Source of the DNA: Thermodesulfobacteriota bacterium
Lineage (GTDB): Bacteria > Desulfobacterota > Desulfobacteria > Desulfobacterales > SURF-7
Reading direction: 5' to 3'
Assembly: GCA_049320885.1 (NCBI GenBank)
Contig: JBMORA010000009.1
Span: 192,001 to 256,000 of the forward strand
DNA length: 64,000 bases
Each line of letters opens with the position of its first letter. Positions within the stretch are counted from its first letter, which is position 1. Shown here one piece after another: positions 29,422-39,324 of this stretch. The notes under the pieces are model-generated. The model was not told the origin of the DNA. It did no database searches and saw only the letters and a list, made by a program, of their open reading frames with translations. The translations under genes were made by a program, and so were the position numbers.

Positions 29422-31110
29422 TCACTCGCTCCCTGATGACTGCGCTTCGAAAACGGAAGGATCGGACTGGACAATCCGTTGAACCAGCGCCCGGCTCAGC
29501 GGCTCTAAACGCGGCTCGAAGCGTCGCTTCCATCGCAAATATACCGGTTCCACCACCGGCAGCAATAGCCGCATGATGGGGTTGGCCGCCGGGGAAAGGG
29601 GCAGAAGCAACGCAGCCGAAAGACGCAGCAGCGGGCCGCTGACCACAAGAATGGCGTCCAGGCCTTTGAAAAAACGTCCCAATTCCCTCGCGGCGCCAGT
29701 TTTTCTGGATCGGTTTGTATTGTCGGATTCGAAATGCCCATGATGCCAGTTGTAGTAGTACCGACAATACATGCGAAGCCATTTGCCGATCACGGCGGGA
29801 TCGCGCTTGACGAATTCCAGAACGATGCGCATCAGCGCTGAACTTCCGTACCTGCAGAAACCCAGGCCCCAGCCGTCATGGATATGCCGCCGGAGTCGTT
29901 TTTCGTCGCGGGTCGCCTGGGCATGGCGGAGATTGTACCGGTTCGTCGAGGTGATGCCCCATTGAATGATCGGATGCGCCAGGATGCGATCGTTGTACCG
30001 TCTGAGAAACTCCGCCGATGTGTCGTTCCGCCGGACCGCCTCGATGGCCACATCGGCGGCGATTTCGGCGGAAAACCAGGCCGCCGGTACGCCGTCGCAC
30101 AGTTCGGTATTTTCCAACCCGGCCGCATCGCCGATCAACAGGATTCCCGCGGCATAATTCGGCATCCGGCGCAGGCGCTCGTTCAGACCCACGAAAATTT
30201 CGAATCCGTCCCACATGCGGGCCCTCAGGCGGGTCAGGGGGGCTACCTGGTCCCGCCACCACGGCAGCTTGGCCGTGATGTTCTGGTGATAGGTTTTGAG
30301 GCTGGCGGCCACATTGTAAACCGGGCCGTCGTCGTTTCGCAGACACTGATCCTGCATCAGGTGCAGGCTGTCCCGGTAGGGCCAGACCATCAAGCCGTTT
30401 CCGTGGCCCAGTGGCGGCGCGATCTTTTGTTCGTCCCATCCCCAGCAAAAACGCAGGGAAAACCCGAATATCCGGTCGATATCCTGCTTGTCCATATCGT
30501 ACACATAGACATCCGCCAGGGAAATGGTGTCCGGAGGATATTTTTCCCGGATACCGGCTTTGATGGCCAGGAGCCCATGGGAACCTTCGGCGTCGATCAC
30601 GATTTTGGCACCGATGCGTTCGCCGAACTCGGTTTCGATGCCGCTTACCCGGCCGTTCTGGCGCGTCAAGGCGGTGATGGTGGTGGATGTCCGCAGTTCC
30701 GCGCCCGCCGCCACGGCCTGCTGCATTTCCCAGCGGCAGAAGTCCTTGCAGTAGGCATTGTAGCCCACGGCAAAGACCGGTGAAAACGGTTTCGGTACCA
30801 TCAGGGTGTCGTCAATGTGGATTTCGCCTCTGTCGATATCCGTGATGATATAGTTGACGATTCCGTCCACCGGTCGTTCAATGGGCGGATTCCCGTCCCG
30901 GATGAAATCCGGTCCGAACAAAAAACCGTGAAACGGGATGGTCAGGCCGGAAATGATTTTATCGCCGACCTCCCGGGACCGTTCGACGATCAGGGTTTTC
31001 AGGCCTGCGCGTGCGCATTTCCAGGCCGCTACGGCGCCGCCGAATCCGCCGCCGACAACGATTACGTCATAAGGGGTTGCCTGCTCTGGTTGCATTTCAA
31101 ATCCCGCCAA
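29422..31110 (-). CDS. FixC/geranylgeranyl-reductase family FAD oxidoreductase
   Basis: GGGFGG, ERS..GDK, DAEG, IGDAAG; followed by FixX-like gene; long C-terminal extension; start 31110 or 31095. Confidence 0.8.
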   Translation of the reverse strand: MAGFEMQPEQATPYDVIVVGGGFGGAVAAWKCARAGLKTLIVERSREVGDKIISGLTIPFHGFLFGPDFIRDGNPPIERPVDGIVNYIITDIDRGEIHIDDTLMVPKPFSPVFAVGYNAYCKDFCRWEMQQAVAAGAELRTSTTITALTRQNGRVSGIETEFGERIGAKIVIDAEGSHGLLAIKAGIREKYPPDTISLADVYVYDMDKQDIDRIFGFSLRFCWGWDEQKIAPPLGHGNGLMVWPYRDSLHLMQDQCLRNDDGPVYNVAASLKTYHQNITAKLPWWRDQVAPLTRLRARMWDGFEIFVGLNERLRRMPNYAAGILLIGDAAGLENTELCDGVPAAWFSAEIAADVAIEAVRRNDTSAEFLRRYNDRILAHPIIQWGITSTNRYNLRHAQATRDEKRLRRHIHDGWGLGFCRYGSSALMRIVLEFVKRDPAVIGKWLRMYCRYYYNWHHGHFESDNTNRSRKTGAARELGRFFKGLDAILVVSGPLLRLSAALLLPLSPAANPIMRLLLPVVEPVYLRWKRRFEPRLEPLSRALVQRIVQSDPSVFEAQSSGSE

Positions 31111-31356
31111 TTATGTTACCAATTGTTTATAAAATATTACCAAACAGTAAAGTTTGCTATAATACCATCGATGAAATGTCAAACCAAAAAAACCGCCATT
31201 GCCTGGATCACTTGGAAGCATTTTGAAACGGCGGGCTGCAGGAAAGGCGGCAAAACAGGAAAAGAATCTTTACCGCCGGGCCAAAGTGAGTGTATGAATG
31301 GTAGGCCGCGATTGCGGCCATTGATGTAACCGAAAAACACGGGATAACCATCCGGG

Positions 31357-32070
31357 ATGGACAAGATCGAATTACGCAAACAGGCGCTGCAACATCGGAA
31401 GCGCAATGAAAAACAGCTCCGGGTCGCGGGGATTCTCGGCGCAGCGCAAGCCGTATTCCTGAAGAAGGGTTACCACAATGCCACGATGGACGACATCGCG
31501 CTGGCCGCCGGGCTTTCCAAGCCGACGCTGTACCGGTATTTCAACGGCAAGGGGCATTTGTTTTTTTCCTTCATAGAAGCGATCATCGATGTCATCCACG
31601 AAGAGATTTCCGCCATCGACCGGCAATTGAAAAGCCGGGATTTCAAATCCGGAAAAGCATTCATTCGGGCCCATTTCGATGCGCTTTTCCGCATCTACCG
31701 AAAGTCGCCGGAGGCTTTCCGTCTGGTGAATCTCATCAGCGAATCCGGGGATTACAAAGCCCTGAATGACCGGTACCGTTCGATCATTACGGAAAAAATG
31801 CAAGTCAACGTCAACGAAGGGCGGGCGGTTTTTTCAACCGCCATGCGGCAGGGCTTGATTCAGCGCCATGACGTCGAGGCGATTGTCGATCTGATCTACG
31901 GATTTTTCATCGGTCCGATCCAGGCATTCCATATGTCCACCCAGATCCAGAATGGTTTTTCCGAACCGGATGCCGTGGATGCGGCCCTGGCCCATCGCAT
32001 CGAGCTCGTGGTGGATATTCTCGGTAAAGGCTTGTCGAACACGACAATATTAGAAGAGGAGGGGGTATGA
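31357..32070 (+). CDS. TetR-family regulator
   Basis: VFLKKGYHNATMDDIALAAGLSKPTLYRYFNGK. Confidence 0.93.
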   Translation: MDKIELRKQALQHRKRNEKQLRVAGILGAAQAVFLKKGYHNATMDDIALAAGLSKPTLYRYFNGKGHLFFSFIEAIIDVIHEEISAIDRQLKSRDFKSGKAFIRAHFDALFRIYRKSPEAFRLVNLISESGDYKALNDRYRSIITEKMQVNVNEGRAVFSTAMRQGLIQRHDVEAIVDLIYGFFIGPIQAFHMSTQIQNGFSEPDAVDAALAHRIELVVDILGKGLSNTTILEEEGV

Positions 32071-32663
32071 AAGCGATCGGCATCAACGCCAGTCCGCGGA
32101 AAAACGGCAATACCCAGACCCTGGTGGCGGCGGTTCTCCAGGGTGCTGCGGAAAACCGGGCGGAAACGCGTCTGGTCAATTTGCGGGAACTCGCGATCAA
32201 CGGGTGTCTGGGATGTGAGGGCTGTAAGAAGCAGATCGGCAAGTGCGCGCAGAAAGACGATCTCACCCCGTTGCTGCAGGAGCTGGCGGACTATGACGCC
32301 ATCGTTCTGGGAACGCCGGTTTACTGGTTTCATGTCAGCGCCCAATTTAAAATGCTGGTGGATCGGCTCTACTGTTTTTTGGATTTTGGCAGAGATCCGC
32401 AGACGGGTGAAGACTATTACCGCTTCGTGTTTCCCGCGGGCAAGAAATTCGTTATCATCGTTTCCCGCGGCGATGCAGAGCCGCCGGGAATGTTTCCCCA
32501 GTTTTACCGGCAGCTCGACGAATGGCTCAACGTGATTCCGCTTTCCTTGAACGCCGGACAAGTTGAATTGCTTCATCAGTATGGCGCGAACGTTGACCGA
32601 AACGCGGCGAGAAGCGATTCCGCTCTTATGGAAAAGGCCCTGTCGCTCGGGCGCAGGCTGTAA
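32067..32663 (+). CDS. Iron-sulfur flavoprotein / flavodoxin-family protein
   Basis: ASPRKNGNT, CLGCEGC...C, GTPVYW, KMLVDRL. Confidence 0.88.
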   Translation: MKAIGINASPRKNGNTQTLVAAVLQGAAENRAETRLVNLRELAINGCLGCEGCKKQIGKCAQKDDLTPLLQELADYDAIVLGTPVYWFHVSAQFKMLVDRLYCFLDFGRDPQTGEDYYRFVFPAGKKFVIIVSRGDAEPPGMFPQFYRQLDEWLNVIPLSLNAGQVELLHQYGANVDRNAARSDSALMEKALSLGRRL

Positions 32664-32826
32664 ATGGCCATGGCGTTGGGCAAAATGCGGGTAGGTGGCG
32701 GATTAAGCACCCTGGCACGAAAACTCAACACTCGTCAAATACTGCTGTGACATGGTATAAGATCCATGGGCAACCAATGAAAGCCCTGTCGATGTCCGCT
32801 TTTCTCAATCATTGAGGTGCAGCGCC

Positions 32827-33963
32827 ATGACCTATTGTCTGATGGATGGAAACGAGGCCGTGGCCCGGGCCGCCATGGCGTCGGGTTGCCGGTTTTTTGC
32901 AGGGTATCCCATCACGCCGGCCACGGGAATTCTGAACAGCATGCTGGCCCTGCTGCCGCCGGCAGGCGGCGTTTGCCTGCAGGGAGAGGATGAAATCGCC
33001 TCCATCGGCTACTGCCTGGGAGCCTCCATGGCCGGGATGAAGGTCATGACCGCCACCTCGGGACCCGGCATCAGTTTGTACAGCGAACAGATTTCATTCG
33101 CCATCGGCAGCGAGATTCCCATTGTCATCGTCGATGTGCAGCGCCTGGGGCCTTCCACCGGCTCCGCCACCCGCGGAGCCGACGGCGATATTCAGTTTCT
33201 GCGCTGGGGCAACAGCGGCGGTATGCCGGTGATCGTGCTGGCTCCGGTGGATGTCCAGGATTGCTATGAACTGACGGTTCAGGCCTTCAATCTGGCGGAA
33301 ATCCATCGCTGCCCGGTGTTCATCGCCTCCAACAAGGAAGTGGCCATGACCCGGGAAAGCCTCGATACGGATATTCTAAAAATCCCGGAGATTGTCCGGC
33401 GTCGGGCGCCCAAGGGGGAGAAACCTTATCTGCCCTTTACCGTGGAAACAGGCCGGTATGTCCCGGACTTCCGGCCCATGGGCGGCAATGTCATTGTCCG
33501 GCAGACTTCGTCCACTCACGGACCGGACGGGCACATCACAGCGGATCCGGCCGAAATCGCCGCCAACCGGAAGCGCCTGATGGAAAAACTGGCAGATGCA
33601 CCCGATTTCTTCTCGTTCGAGCAACAGCCGGACCGTCCGGAAACCGATCCGGTGGTGATCACCTACGGCGTCACGGCCAGGGCTGCCCGGGCGGCTGCGA
33701 AGGAATTGCGGGAAGAAGGCATCCATGTGGCGTTGTTGATTCTGAAAAGCCTTTGGCCGGTGCCTGGAACAACGATTGTGCGATATACCAGGAATGCGGC
33801 CGCAATTGCCGTTATCGAGATGAACCTCGGCCAGTATGTCCACGAGATCAAACGTCTGGTCCCCGACAGGCCGGTGCGGTTCTTCGGAAGAATGGACGGG
33901 GCACTGATCACCCCGCAGCAAATCAAGGAGGTCATCCGCCATGCCGGACAGTCTGCTGAATAA
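32827..33963 (+). CDS. 2-oxoacid:ferredoxin oxidoreductase alpha subunit
   Basis: GNEA, AGYPITP, EDEIA, TATSGPG, QRLGPSTG, EMNLGQ. Confidence 0.92.
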   Translation: MTYCLMDGNEAVARAAMASGCRFFAGYPITPATGILNSMLALLPPAGGVCLQGEDEIASIGYCLGASMAGMKVMTATSGPGISLYSEQISFAIGSEIPIVIVDVQRLGPSTGSATRGADGDIQFLRWGNSGGMPVIVLAPVDVQDCYELTVQAFNLAEIHRCPVFIASNKEVAMTRESLDTDILKIPEIVRRRAPKGEKPYLPFTVETGRYVPDFRPMGGNVIVRQTSSTHGPDGHITADPAEIAANRKRLMEKLADAPDFFSFEQQPDRPETDPVVITYGVTARAARAAAKELREEGIHVALLILKSLWPVPGTTIVRYTRNAAAIAVIEMNLGQYVHEIKRLVPDRPVRFFGRMDGALITPQQIKEVIRHAGQSAE

Positions 33964-35239
33964 AAGTCGGCCGCCGGTTTTCTGCCCTGGATGCAGCCAT
34001 GAGAAGGTCGTCTACGCCTTGAATACGGCTTTCATGAACATGGGGCTGTCCGGCGAACGAATCGCCATCGTCAGCGATATCGGCTGTTCCGGCCTGTTCG
34101 ACACGTTTTTCAACACCCATGCCTTTCACGGGCTCCACGGTCGGGCCCTGACCTATGCCGCGGGCCTGAAGCTGGCCTGCCCGGAACTGACGGTGGTGGT
34201 GACCATGGGCGACGGAGGCCTGGGTATCGGCGGGGCCCATCTGCTGGCCGCCTGCCGCCGCAACCTGGATATCACCCTGCTGGTGCTGAACAACCTGAAT
34301 TACGGCATGACCGGCGGGCAATGCTCGCCGACGACGCCCCAGGACGCCCAGGTGGACTCCGGCTTTTTGAACCGATTGGAAACGCCCCTGGCGGTGACGG
34401 AACTGGCCTTCTGCGCCGGCGCCGGCTATGTCGCCGACTGTTCGAGTTATCAGAAAAATCTTCCGGAAGAGCTGGAACGGGCCATCCGCTTTGAAGGCTT
34501 TGCGGTGATGGATATCCGCGGGATCTGCCCGGGACGCTATACCCGCAACAACAAACGTTCCCCCCGCTCCATCGACCAGGAAATTGCCTGCCTGCCCAAA
34601 CAGCCCCCAATCCGCGCCAGGGCGGGAAGAAAAGAATACGGACGTCATTACCGGGAGCTCAGCGCAGCGCAGAAACCGGCCGCCCCGCCCATCGGGGTGG
34701 CGATCCGGCATCGCCCGCCTTCGACCATCCGGCAGGAAATCATCATCCTCGGCGATGCCGGCCAGCGGGTGCTAACGGCGGGTGAGATTCTCTGCCTGGC
34801 CGGCATGAGCGCCGGCCTCCGTGTAACCCAGAAAAACGATTACCACATTACGGTGCTGCGGGGGCCGTCCATCAGTGAGATCGTTCTGTCACCCGATGAT
34901 ATCGACTATACAGGGATTGTCCGGCCCGGGGTCGTTATCGCCATCGGCCAGGAAGGGGTGAATGCGCGCCGCAACCTGTTCGCCGGTCTGGATGCCGAGA
35001 GCCTTGTCGTGAAAGCACCGGGCATCCAGCTGCCGCCGCATCCGGGAACGGACATTCCAGCGGATTTTTCCAAACACGGCGTCAAACGCGAGGACTGGGC
35101 GCTCGCTTCACTGTGGGTCATGGCCCGGCTTGAAAAGGCAATTCATGCGGAAATGCTGCGCTCGGCGCTTTCGACACGTTTCCACGGCGAGGCTTTGGAA
35201 TCGGCGCTCGCATTGGGTGGACCGGATTTTTGGGCATAG
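33941..35239 (+). CDS. 2-oxoacid:ferredoxin oxidoreductase beta subunit fused to a gamma-like domain
   Basis: FCPGC, SDIGC, HGRA, GDGG, NNLNYGMTGGQ; C-terminal ILGDAGQRV...TQKNDY...LRGP gamma pattern. Confidence 0.85.
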   Translation: MPDSLLNKSRPPVFCPGCSHEKVVYALNTAFMNMGLSGERIAIVSDIGCSGLFDTFFNTHAFHGLHGRALTYAAGLKLACPELTVVVTMGDGGLGIGGAHLLAACRRNLDITLLVLNNLNYGMTGGQCSPTTPQDAQVDSGFLNRLETPLAVTELAFCAGAGYVADCSSYQKNLPEELERAIRFEGFAVMDIRGICPGRYTRNNKRSPRSIDQEIACLPKQPPIRARAGRKEYGRHYRELSAAQKPAAPPIGVAIRHRPPSTIRQEIIILGDAGQRVLTAGEILCLAGMSAGLRVTQKNDYHITVLRGPSISEIVLSPDDIDYTGIVRPGVVIAIGQEGVNARRNLFAGLDAESLVVKAPGIQLPPHPGTDIPADFSKHGVKREDWALASLWVMARLEKAIHAEMLRSALSTRFHGEALESALALGGPDFWA

Positions 35240-35254
35240 ACCCGCAATTCCCGC

Positions 35255-36034
35255 TCAGGTGGTCAATGCCTGGATCCGCATCATGAAGTCGCCGATATCC
35301 CGGCCGTATTCCGGCGATCCCTCCACCGATAGATAGCCTTTGCGCACGGCCTCCACCATATTGACATCGTTCAGAATAATGGGCAGGGCGCCCTTGATCC
35401 CGTTGAATTTCATGTGCACGAACGGATGGCGCCGGGAATAGAAACCCCGTCCGGATTTTGATTTCCCTGCCTTTACGCGCAAATAGGCGGCGATATCCGG
35501 CTCGCCGTCCACGGACATCTGGTAAATCCGTTCGGGTTGCTTGGCGGTCCATTTGGCCATTTCCGGGTCGCCGCCCTTGTTATACTGGCTGAGGGCCGTG
35601 GTGATCATGTAAACGGTCAGCTTGACTTTCATGCGCTGCTTGAAGGGATCCTTGGGCCGCGCGTTGGGCATGAGGACCTTCAGGTAGAGGAGCAGGGCGA
35701 AGACCTTGATCAACAGACCGATTTTCCAAAGCCCCTTGATGACCGGGATCACCGGTTTGCCGGCCAACATGGCGTTCAGTTTGGCGACGCTGCCGAAGGC
35801 GAAGGTGATGTCCGGTTTGGGGCTTACTCCCTGGACGATTTCCAGTTCGCCGTTCTGAAACCGCAGAAAAGCGCCGACATCGCCGGCCGGGTCTTTGGCA
35901 ATGAACTGGACGTCGGCCGTAACCCCTTCAAATTTCCGTTTCATGGCCGGATCGTCGGACAGGACCACCTTCATCACCGGAAACAGGGCCCGCAGAAAGA
36001 TCCGGGCGCTCATCAACTCAGTCGGAGTAGCCAT
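35255..36034 (-). CDS. Tandem SCP2-like lipid-binding protein B
   Basis: Start ATG 36034 next to the transketolase stop; SCP2-like patterns (PDITFAF; VNMVEAVRKGYLSVEG); shares LNxMxAGK...KG with 39325-40086. Confidence 0.6.
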   Translation of the reverse strand: MATPTELMSARIFLRALFPVMKVVLSDDPAMKRKFEGVTADVQFIAKDPAGDVGAFLRFQNGELEIVQGVSPKPDITFAFGSVAKLNAMLAGKPVIPVIKGLWKIGLLIKVFALLLYLKVLMPNARPKDPFKQRMKVKLTVYMITTALSQYNKGGDPEMAKWTAKQPERIYQMSVDGEPDIAAYLRVKAGKSKSGRGFYSRRHPFVHMKFNGIKGALPIILNDVNMVEAVRKGYLSVEGSPEYGRDIGDFMMRIQALTT

Positions 36035-36035
36035 A

Positions 36036-37046
36036 TCACACCTCATCTTCCCAGTCGTCGTCTTCTTCAAAGTCCTTGCCCATGACTTCCCGCACCTTCT
36101 TGATGATGCCGTCGGTATCGAATTGATAATGGCTGTACAGATCCTCGGGATAGCCGACGATGCAGAAGCAATCGGGGATGCCCACCTTTTCGAAGGCGCA
36201 GCCTTTTCCAGAGGCGGCGATGATGTCGGCCACGGCGCTGCCGAGTCCGCCCTGGATGTTGTGATCCTCGAAGGTGATGATCCGCCGGGTTTCCCGGATG
36301 GCTTCCTGAATCGCCTGCTCGTCAATGGGTTTGATGGTGTGCATGTTGAGCACCCGGACGCTCAGGCCGTCATTCTGTTTCAGAAATTTGGCGGCTTCGA
36401 GCGCCTGCAGGACGGTGACCCCGCAGCAGATCAGGGTGATATCCGTGCCCGGATGCATCAGCACGGCCTTGCCGATCTGGAAACCATAGTCATCGGTTTC
36501 ATAGCAGCGCGGTTCGAATCCCCGTCCGATGCGGATATATACCGGGCCCGGGTAATCGACGCAGGCCTTGACCGCATTGGCGGTTTCCACCCCGTCGGCC
36601 GGCGCGATCACGGTCATGTTGGCCAAAGCCCGCATGACAGCCAGATCCTCGGTGCAGTGGTGGGTGGTTCCGGCGGCGCCGAAGGAAGTGCCGGCATGGG
36701 TGGCGATGATTTTTACATTCAGGTTTTGATAGCAGATGTCGGTACGCACCTGCTCGGCGGCTCGCAGGGTGGTGAACACCGCCATGGTGGAAACGAAGGG
36801 CAACAGGCCGGATTTGGCCAGCCCGGCGGCCATGCCGAAGAGATTCTGTTCGGCGATGCCGACATTGAAAAAGCGTTCCGGAAATTTGTCCGCAAATTTT
36901 CCGATTTTGGTGGATTTGGCCAGATCCGCGGACAGCCCCACGATTTTGGGATACTTCTCTCCCAGCACACAAAGAACCTCGCCATAGATGTCCGCCTGGG
37001 TCATGGTGTTGGCGTCATATACATTCCAGGTTAAACCTTCGGTCAT
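36036..37046 (-). CDS. Transketolase, C-terminal (pyrimidine-binding) subunit
   Basis: ADLAKST, NVGIAEQN, GTTHH, PVYIR, HTIKPID, EDH..GGLGS. Confidence 0.93.
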   Translation of the reverse strand: MTEGLTWNVYDANTMTQADIYGEVLCVLGEKYPKIVGLSADLAKSTKIGKFADKFPERFFNVGIAEQNLFGMAAGLAKSGLLPFVSTMAVFTTLRAAEQVRTDICYQNLNVKIIATHAGTSFGAAGTTHHCTEDLAVMRALANMTVIAPADGVETANAVKACVDYPGPVYIRIGRGFEPRCYETDDYGFQIGKAVLMHPGTDITLICCGVTVLQALEAAKFLKQNDGLSVRVLNMHTIKPIDEQAIQEAIRETRRIITFEDHNIQGGLGSAVADIIAASGKGCAFEKVGIPDCFCIVGYPEDLYSHYQFDTDGIIKKVREVMGKDFEEDDDWEDEV

Positions 37047-37061
37047 ATACCCCCCTTTGTG

Positions 37062-37096
37062 GAATTACGAATTACGAATCGGGAATTACGAATGAT
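37062..37096. repeat. Heptanucleotide tandem repeat (GAATTAC)x~5
   Basis: GAATTAC GAATTAC GAATCGG GAATTAC GAATGAT between the two transketolase genes. Confidence 0.7.
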
Positions 37097-37110
37097 GGAT
37101 GGAAGTCGTT

Positions 37111-37947
37111 TCAGCCGTACATGCGGTCCACGGACTGCTTGGCTTTCTCCCGGGTTTCCGTATCCAGGCCGCCGTAATGCCACTTGACTTCGTTTTCCAT
37201 GAACTCGACGCCTTTGCCTTTGACCGTGTGGGCGATGATCACCACCGGCGCGGAAGTTTCCGAAAGGGCGTAGTCGATGGCGCCGCAAAGTTCCCGGTAA
37301 TCGTGACCGTTGACTTCCTGGACGATGAAGCCGAAGGCTTTCCATTTATCGGCGAAGGGTTCCAGGCCCATGATCTGCTCGGTGGTACCGTCGATCATCA
37401 GTTTGTTGCGGTCCACGAAGGTCAGGAGATTGGTCAGTTTATAGTGACGGATGGCCATGGCCGCCTCCCAGTTGGTGCCCTCGTTGCACTCCCCGTCGCC
37501 GAGAATGCAATAGGTCCGCCAGTTTTTTTTCTGCACCCGGGCGCCCAGGGCCAGCCCGGCGGCGATGGGCAGACCGTGGCCCAGGGAGCCGGTGGAAACG
37601 TCGACTCCCTTGACCTTCAGACAATCCAGATGCATGCCGAAGGGGGATTTGAACTTGTTGAATTCCTGCAGCTGGTCGAAGTCGAAATAGCCCTTGCGGG
37701 CCAGAAGCGGTGCGTACCCGACCCCGCCGTGCCCCTTGCTGAGTACCATGCGGTCGCGGTCTTCCCAGGCCGGATTGTCGGGTTTGACGTTCAGATACTT
37801 GTAATAGAGTGTCACCAATATCTCCACCATGCTCATGGCGCCGCCGATATGGGCGCCGCCGGCCCAGTAAGTGATATCGATGATGTCTTTCCGCATCTGG
37901 CGTGCGACGGCCGATAGCCGGGTGATGTCCTGATCGGTGATGGGCAT
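37111..37947 (-). CDS. Transketolase, N-terminal (ThDP-binding) subunit
   Basis: AHIGG, DRMVLSKGH, STGSLGHG, GDGECNEG...N, TVKGKG, WH; start ATG 37947 with GGAGG RBS. Confidence 0.94.
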   Translation of the reverse strand: MPITDQDITRLSAVARQMRKDIIDITYWAGGAHIGGAMSMVEILVTLYYKYLNVKPDNPAWEDRDRMVLSKGHGGVGYAPLLARKGYFDFDQLQEFNKFKSPFGMHLDCLKVKGVDVSTGSLGHGLPIAAGLALGARVQKKNWRTYCILGDGECNEGTNWEAAMAIRHYKLTNLLTFVDRNKLMIDGTTEQIMGLEPFADKWKAFGFIVQEVNGHDYRELCGAIDYALSETSAPVVIIAHTVKGKGVEFMENEVKWHYGGLDTETREKAKQSVDRMYG

Positions 37948-38014
37948 ATGTTCCTCCTGTTGAACCGGTTGTTCGTGGGTTCGCGGCGCCGATCCGGAGC
38001 GCCGTGTTTTTCGG

Positions 38015-39289
38015 TTAATGGCCGTATTTTTTTTCAATCGCCTGAAAGGCTTCAGCCGCGATGGACAAGGTTTGCTCGATATCCGCGTCCGTATGGGCCG
38101 TGGACACGAACCAGTTGTGATGCGGGGTGAAATAGGCCCCGCGCTTGGTGCATTCCGCGCACCATTCCTGATGCAACATCAGGCTTTCGTCATCGGTGAT
38201 CCGCAGATACGGCATGGCCGGCGCGCCTGTTATTTTCAGGTTGTAGCCGTGCGCGGCGGCGGCGGCCACCAGACCGCTGCACAGCTTTTTGCCGATGTCG
38301 CGCATTTTTTCCGGGCCGTTGACGGACTGGAGTTCCTTCAGTGTCGCCAGGGCCGCGGCCATGGGCTGGGACTGGAACCAGTAACTGCCGGTGTAAAAAA
38401 CCCGGGCGGCGATACCCTTCAGCGACTCCCTGCCCATGAGGGCCGACAGGGGATAGCCGTTGGCGATGGCCTTGCAGAAACAGACCAGGTCGGGCTGAAA
38501 GCCGAAATAATGGTGGGAGCCTTGCATGTCCATCCGGAAACCGTGGCGGATGTCGTCGCTGATGAGAAGGATGCCGTTTTGACGGCATACGGTTTCCATC
38601 CGCGGCCAATACCCATCCACCGGCAGGGCGTTGTCCGCAAAGGCGGGCACGTGGTAGGGTGTGGCGATGAAGGCGGCGATTTCCCCGGGATGCTCCTGGA
38701 TGGCGCGTTCAAATGCCGCGGTGTCGTTCCAGGGAATCCGGATGATATTGGTCCAGTCTTCGTCAATCAGGCCGTGGTGGCCGGGGGCCTGCATCCAGGG
38801 GGCTACCCCGTGATAGCCGCCGTCGATCATGACGATTTTTTTTCGGGCGGTTGCGTCCCTGGCCACCATGATGGCGTAATTGGTCACGTCGCCGCCGTTT
38901 TTGGCGAAAAAAGCCCAGTCCATGCCACTCACCAGGTTGACCAGATGCTCGGCCAGCTCCACCATGACCGGAGAGGCGCCGGTGGTGCAGTTGCCCGCCG
39001 CTACCTGCCCGGCGGCGGCGGCGTCCACCACCGGATGGTTATATCCCAGCACCATGGGGCCGTAAGCGCACATGTAATCGATGAATTCGTTGCCGTCCAC
39101 GTCCCAGAAGCGGGCCCCGGAGGCTTTGGCGGTATAGAAAGGGTAATCCGTGGCCGGAATCAAGGGTGCCGGGCTGAAATGACCGTAAATGCCGCCGGGG
39201 ATCACCCTGGCGGCGCGTTTGAACCATTCCTGTGATTTGGGGTATTGATAGGTTTGCATATCCAGGGTCCTTCCGGGAAAAATTTCCAT
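38015..39289 (-). CDS. Class III PLP aminotransferase, GSA-aminomutase-like, FumI-type
   Basis: VIPGGIYGH, IDYMCAYGP, KNGGD, YHG, DDIRHGFR, PLP Lys in FCKAIANG, TGSYWF; start 39289 or 39259. Confidence 0.88.
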   Translation of the reverse strand: MEIFPGRTLDMQTYQYPKSQEWFKRAARVIPGGIYGHFSPAPLIPATDYPFYTAKASGARFWDVDGNEFIDYMCAYGPMVLGYNHPVVDAAAAGQVAAGNCTTGASPVMVELAEHLVNLVSGMDWAFFAKNGGDVTNYAIMVARDATARKKIVMIDGGYHGVAPWMQAPGHHGLIDEDWTNIIRIPWNDTAAFERAIQEHPGEIAAFIATPYHVPAFADNALPVDGYWPRMETVCRQNGILLISDDIRHGFRMDMQGSHHYFGFQPDLVCFCKAIANGYPLSALMGRESLKGIAARVFYTGSYWFQSQPMAAALATLKELQSVNGPEKMRDIGKKLCSGLVAAAAAHGYNLKITGAPAMPYLRITDDESLMLHQEWCAECTKRGAYFTPHHNWFVSTAHTDADIEQTLSIAAEAFQAIEKKYGH

Positions 39290-39324
39290 GTCACTCGCTT
39301 GAAAGCCGAAATGGGCCTCCGATG

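Noticed and set aside
32713..32729. TGGCACGAAAACTCAA as a sigma54 promoter
   Set aside because: Good -24 element but no TTGC-like -12 element.
38015..39289. Calling the aminotransferase hemL
   Set aside because: It has PGGIYGH instead of HemL's PGGVNSPVR, and there is no tetrapyrrole gene context.
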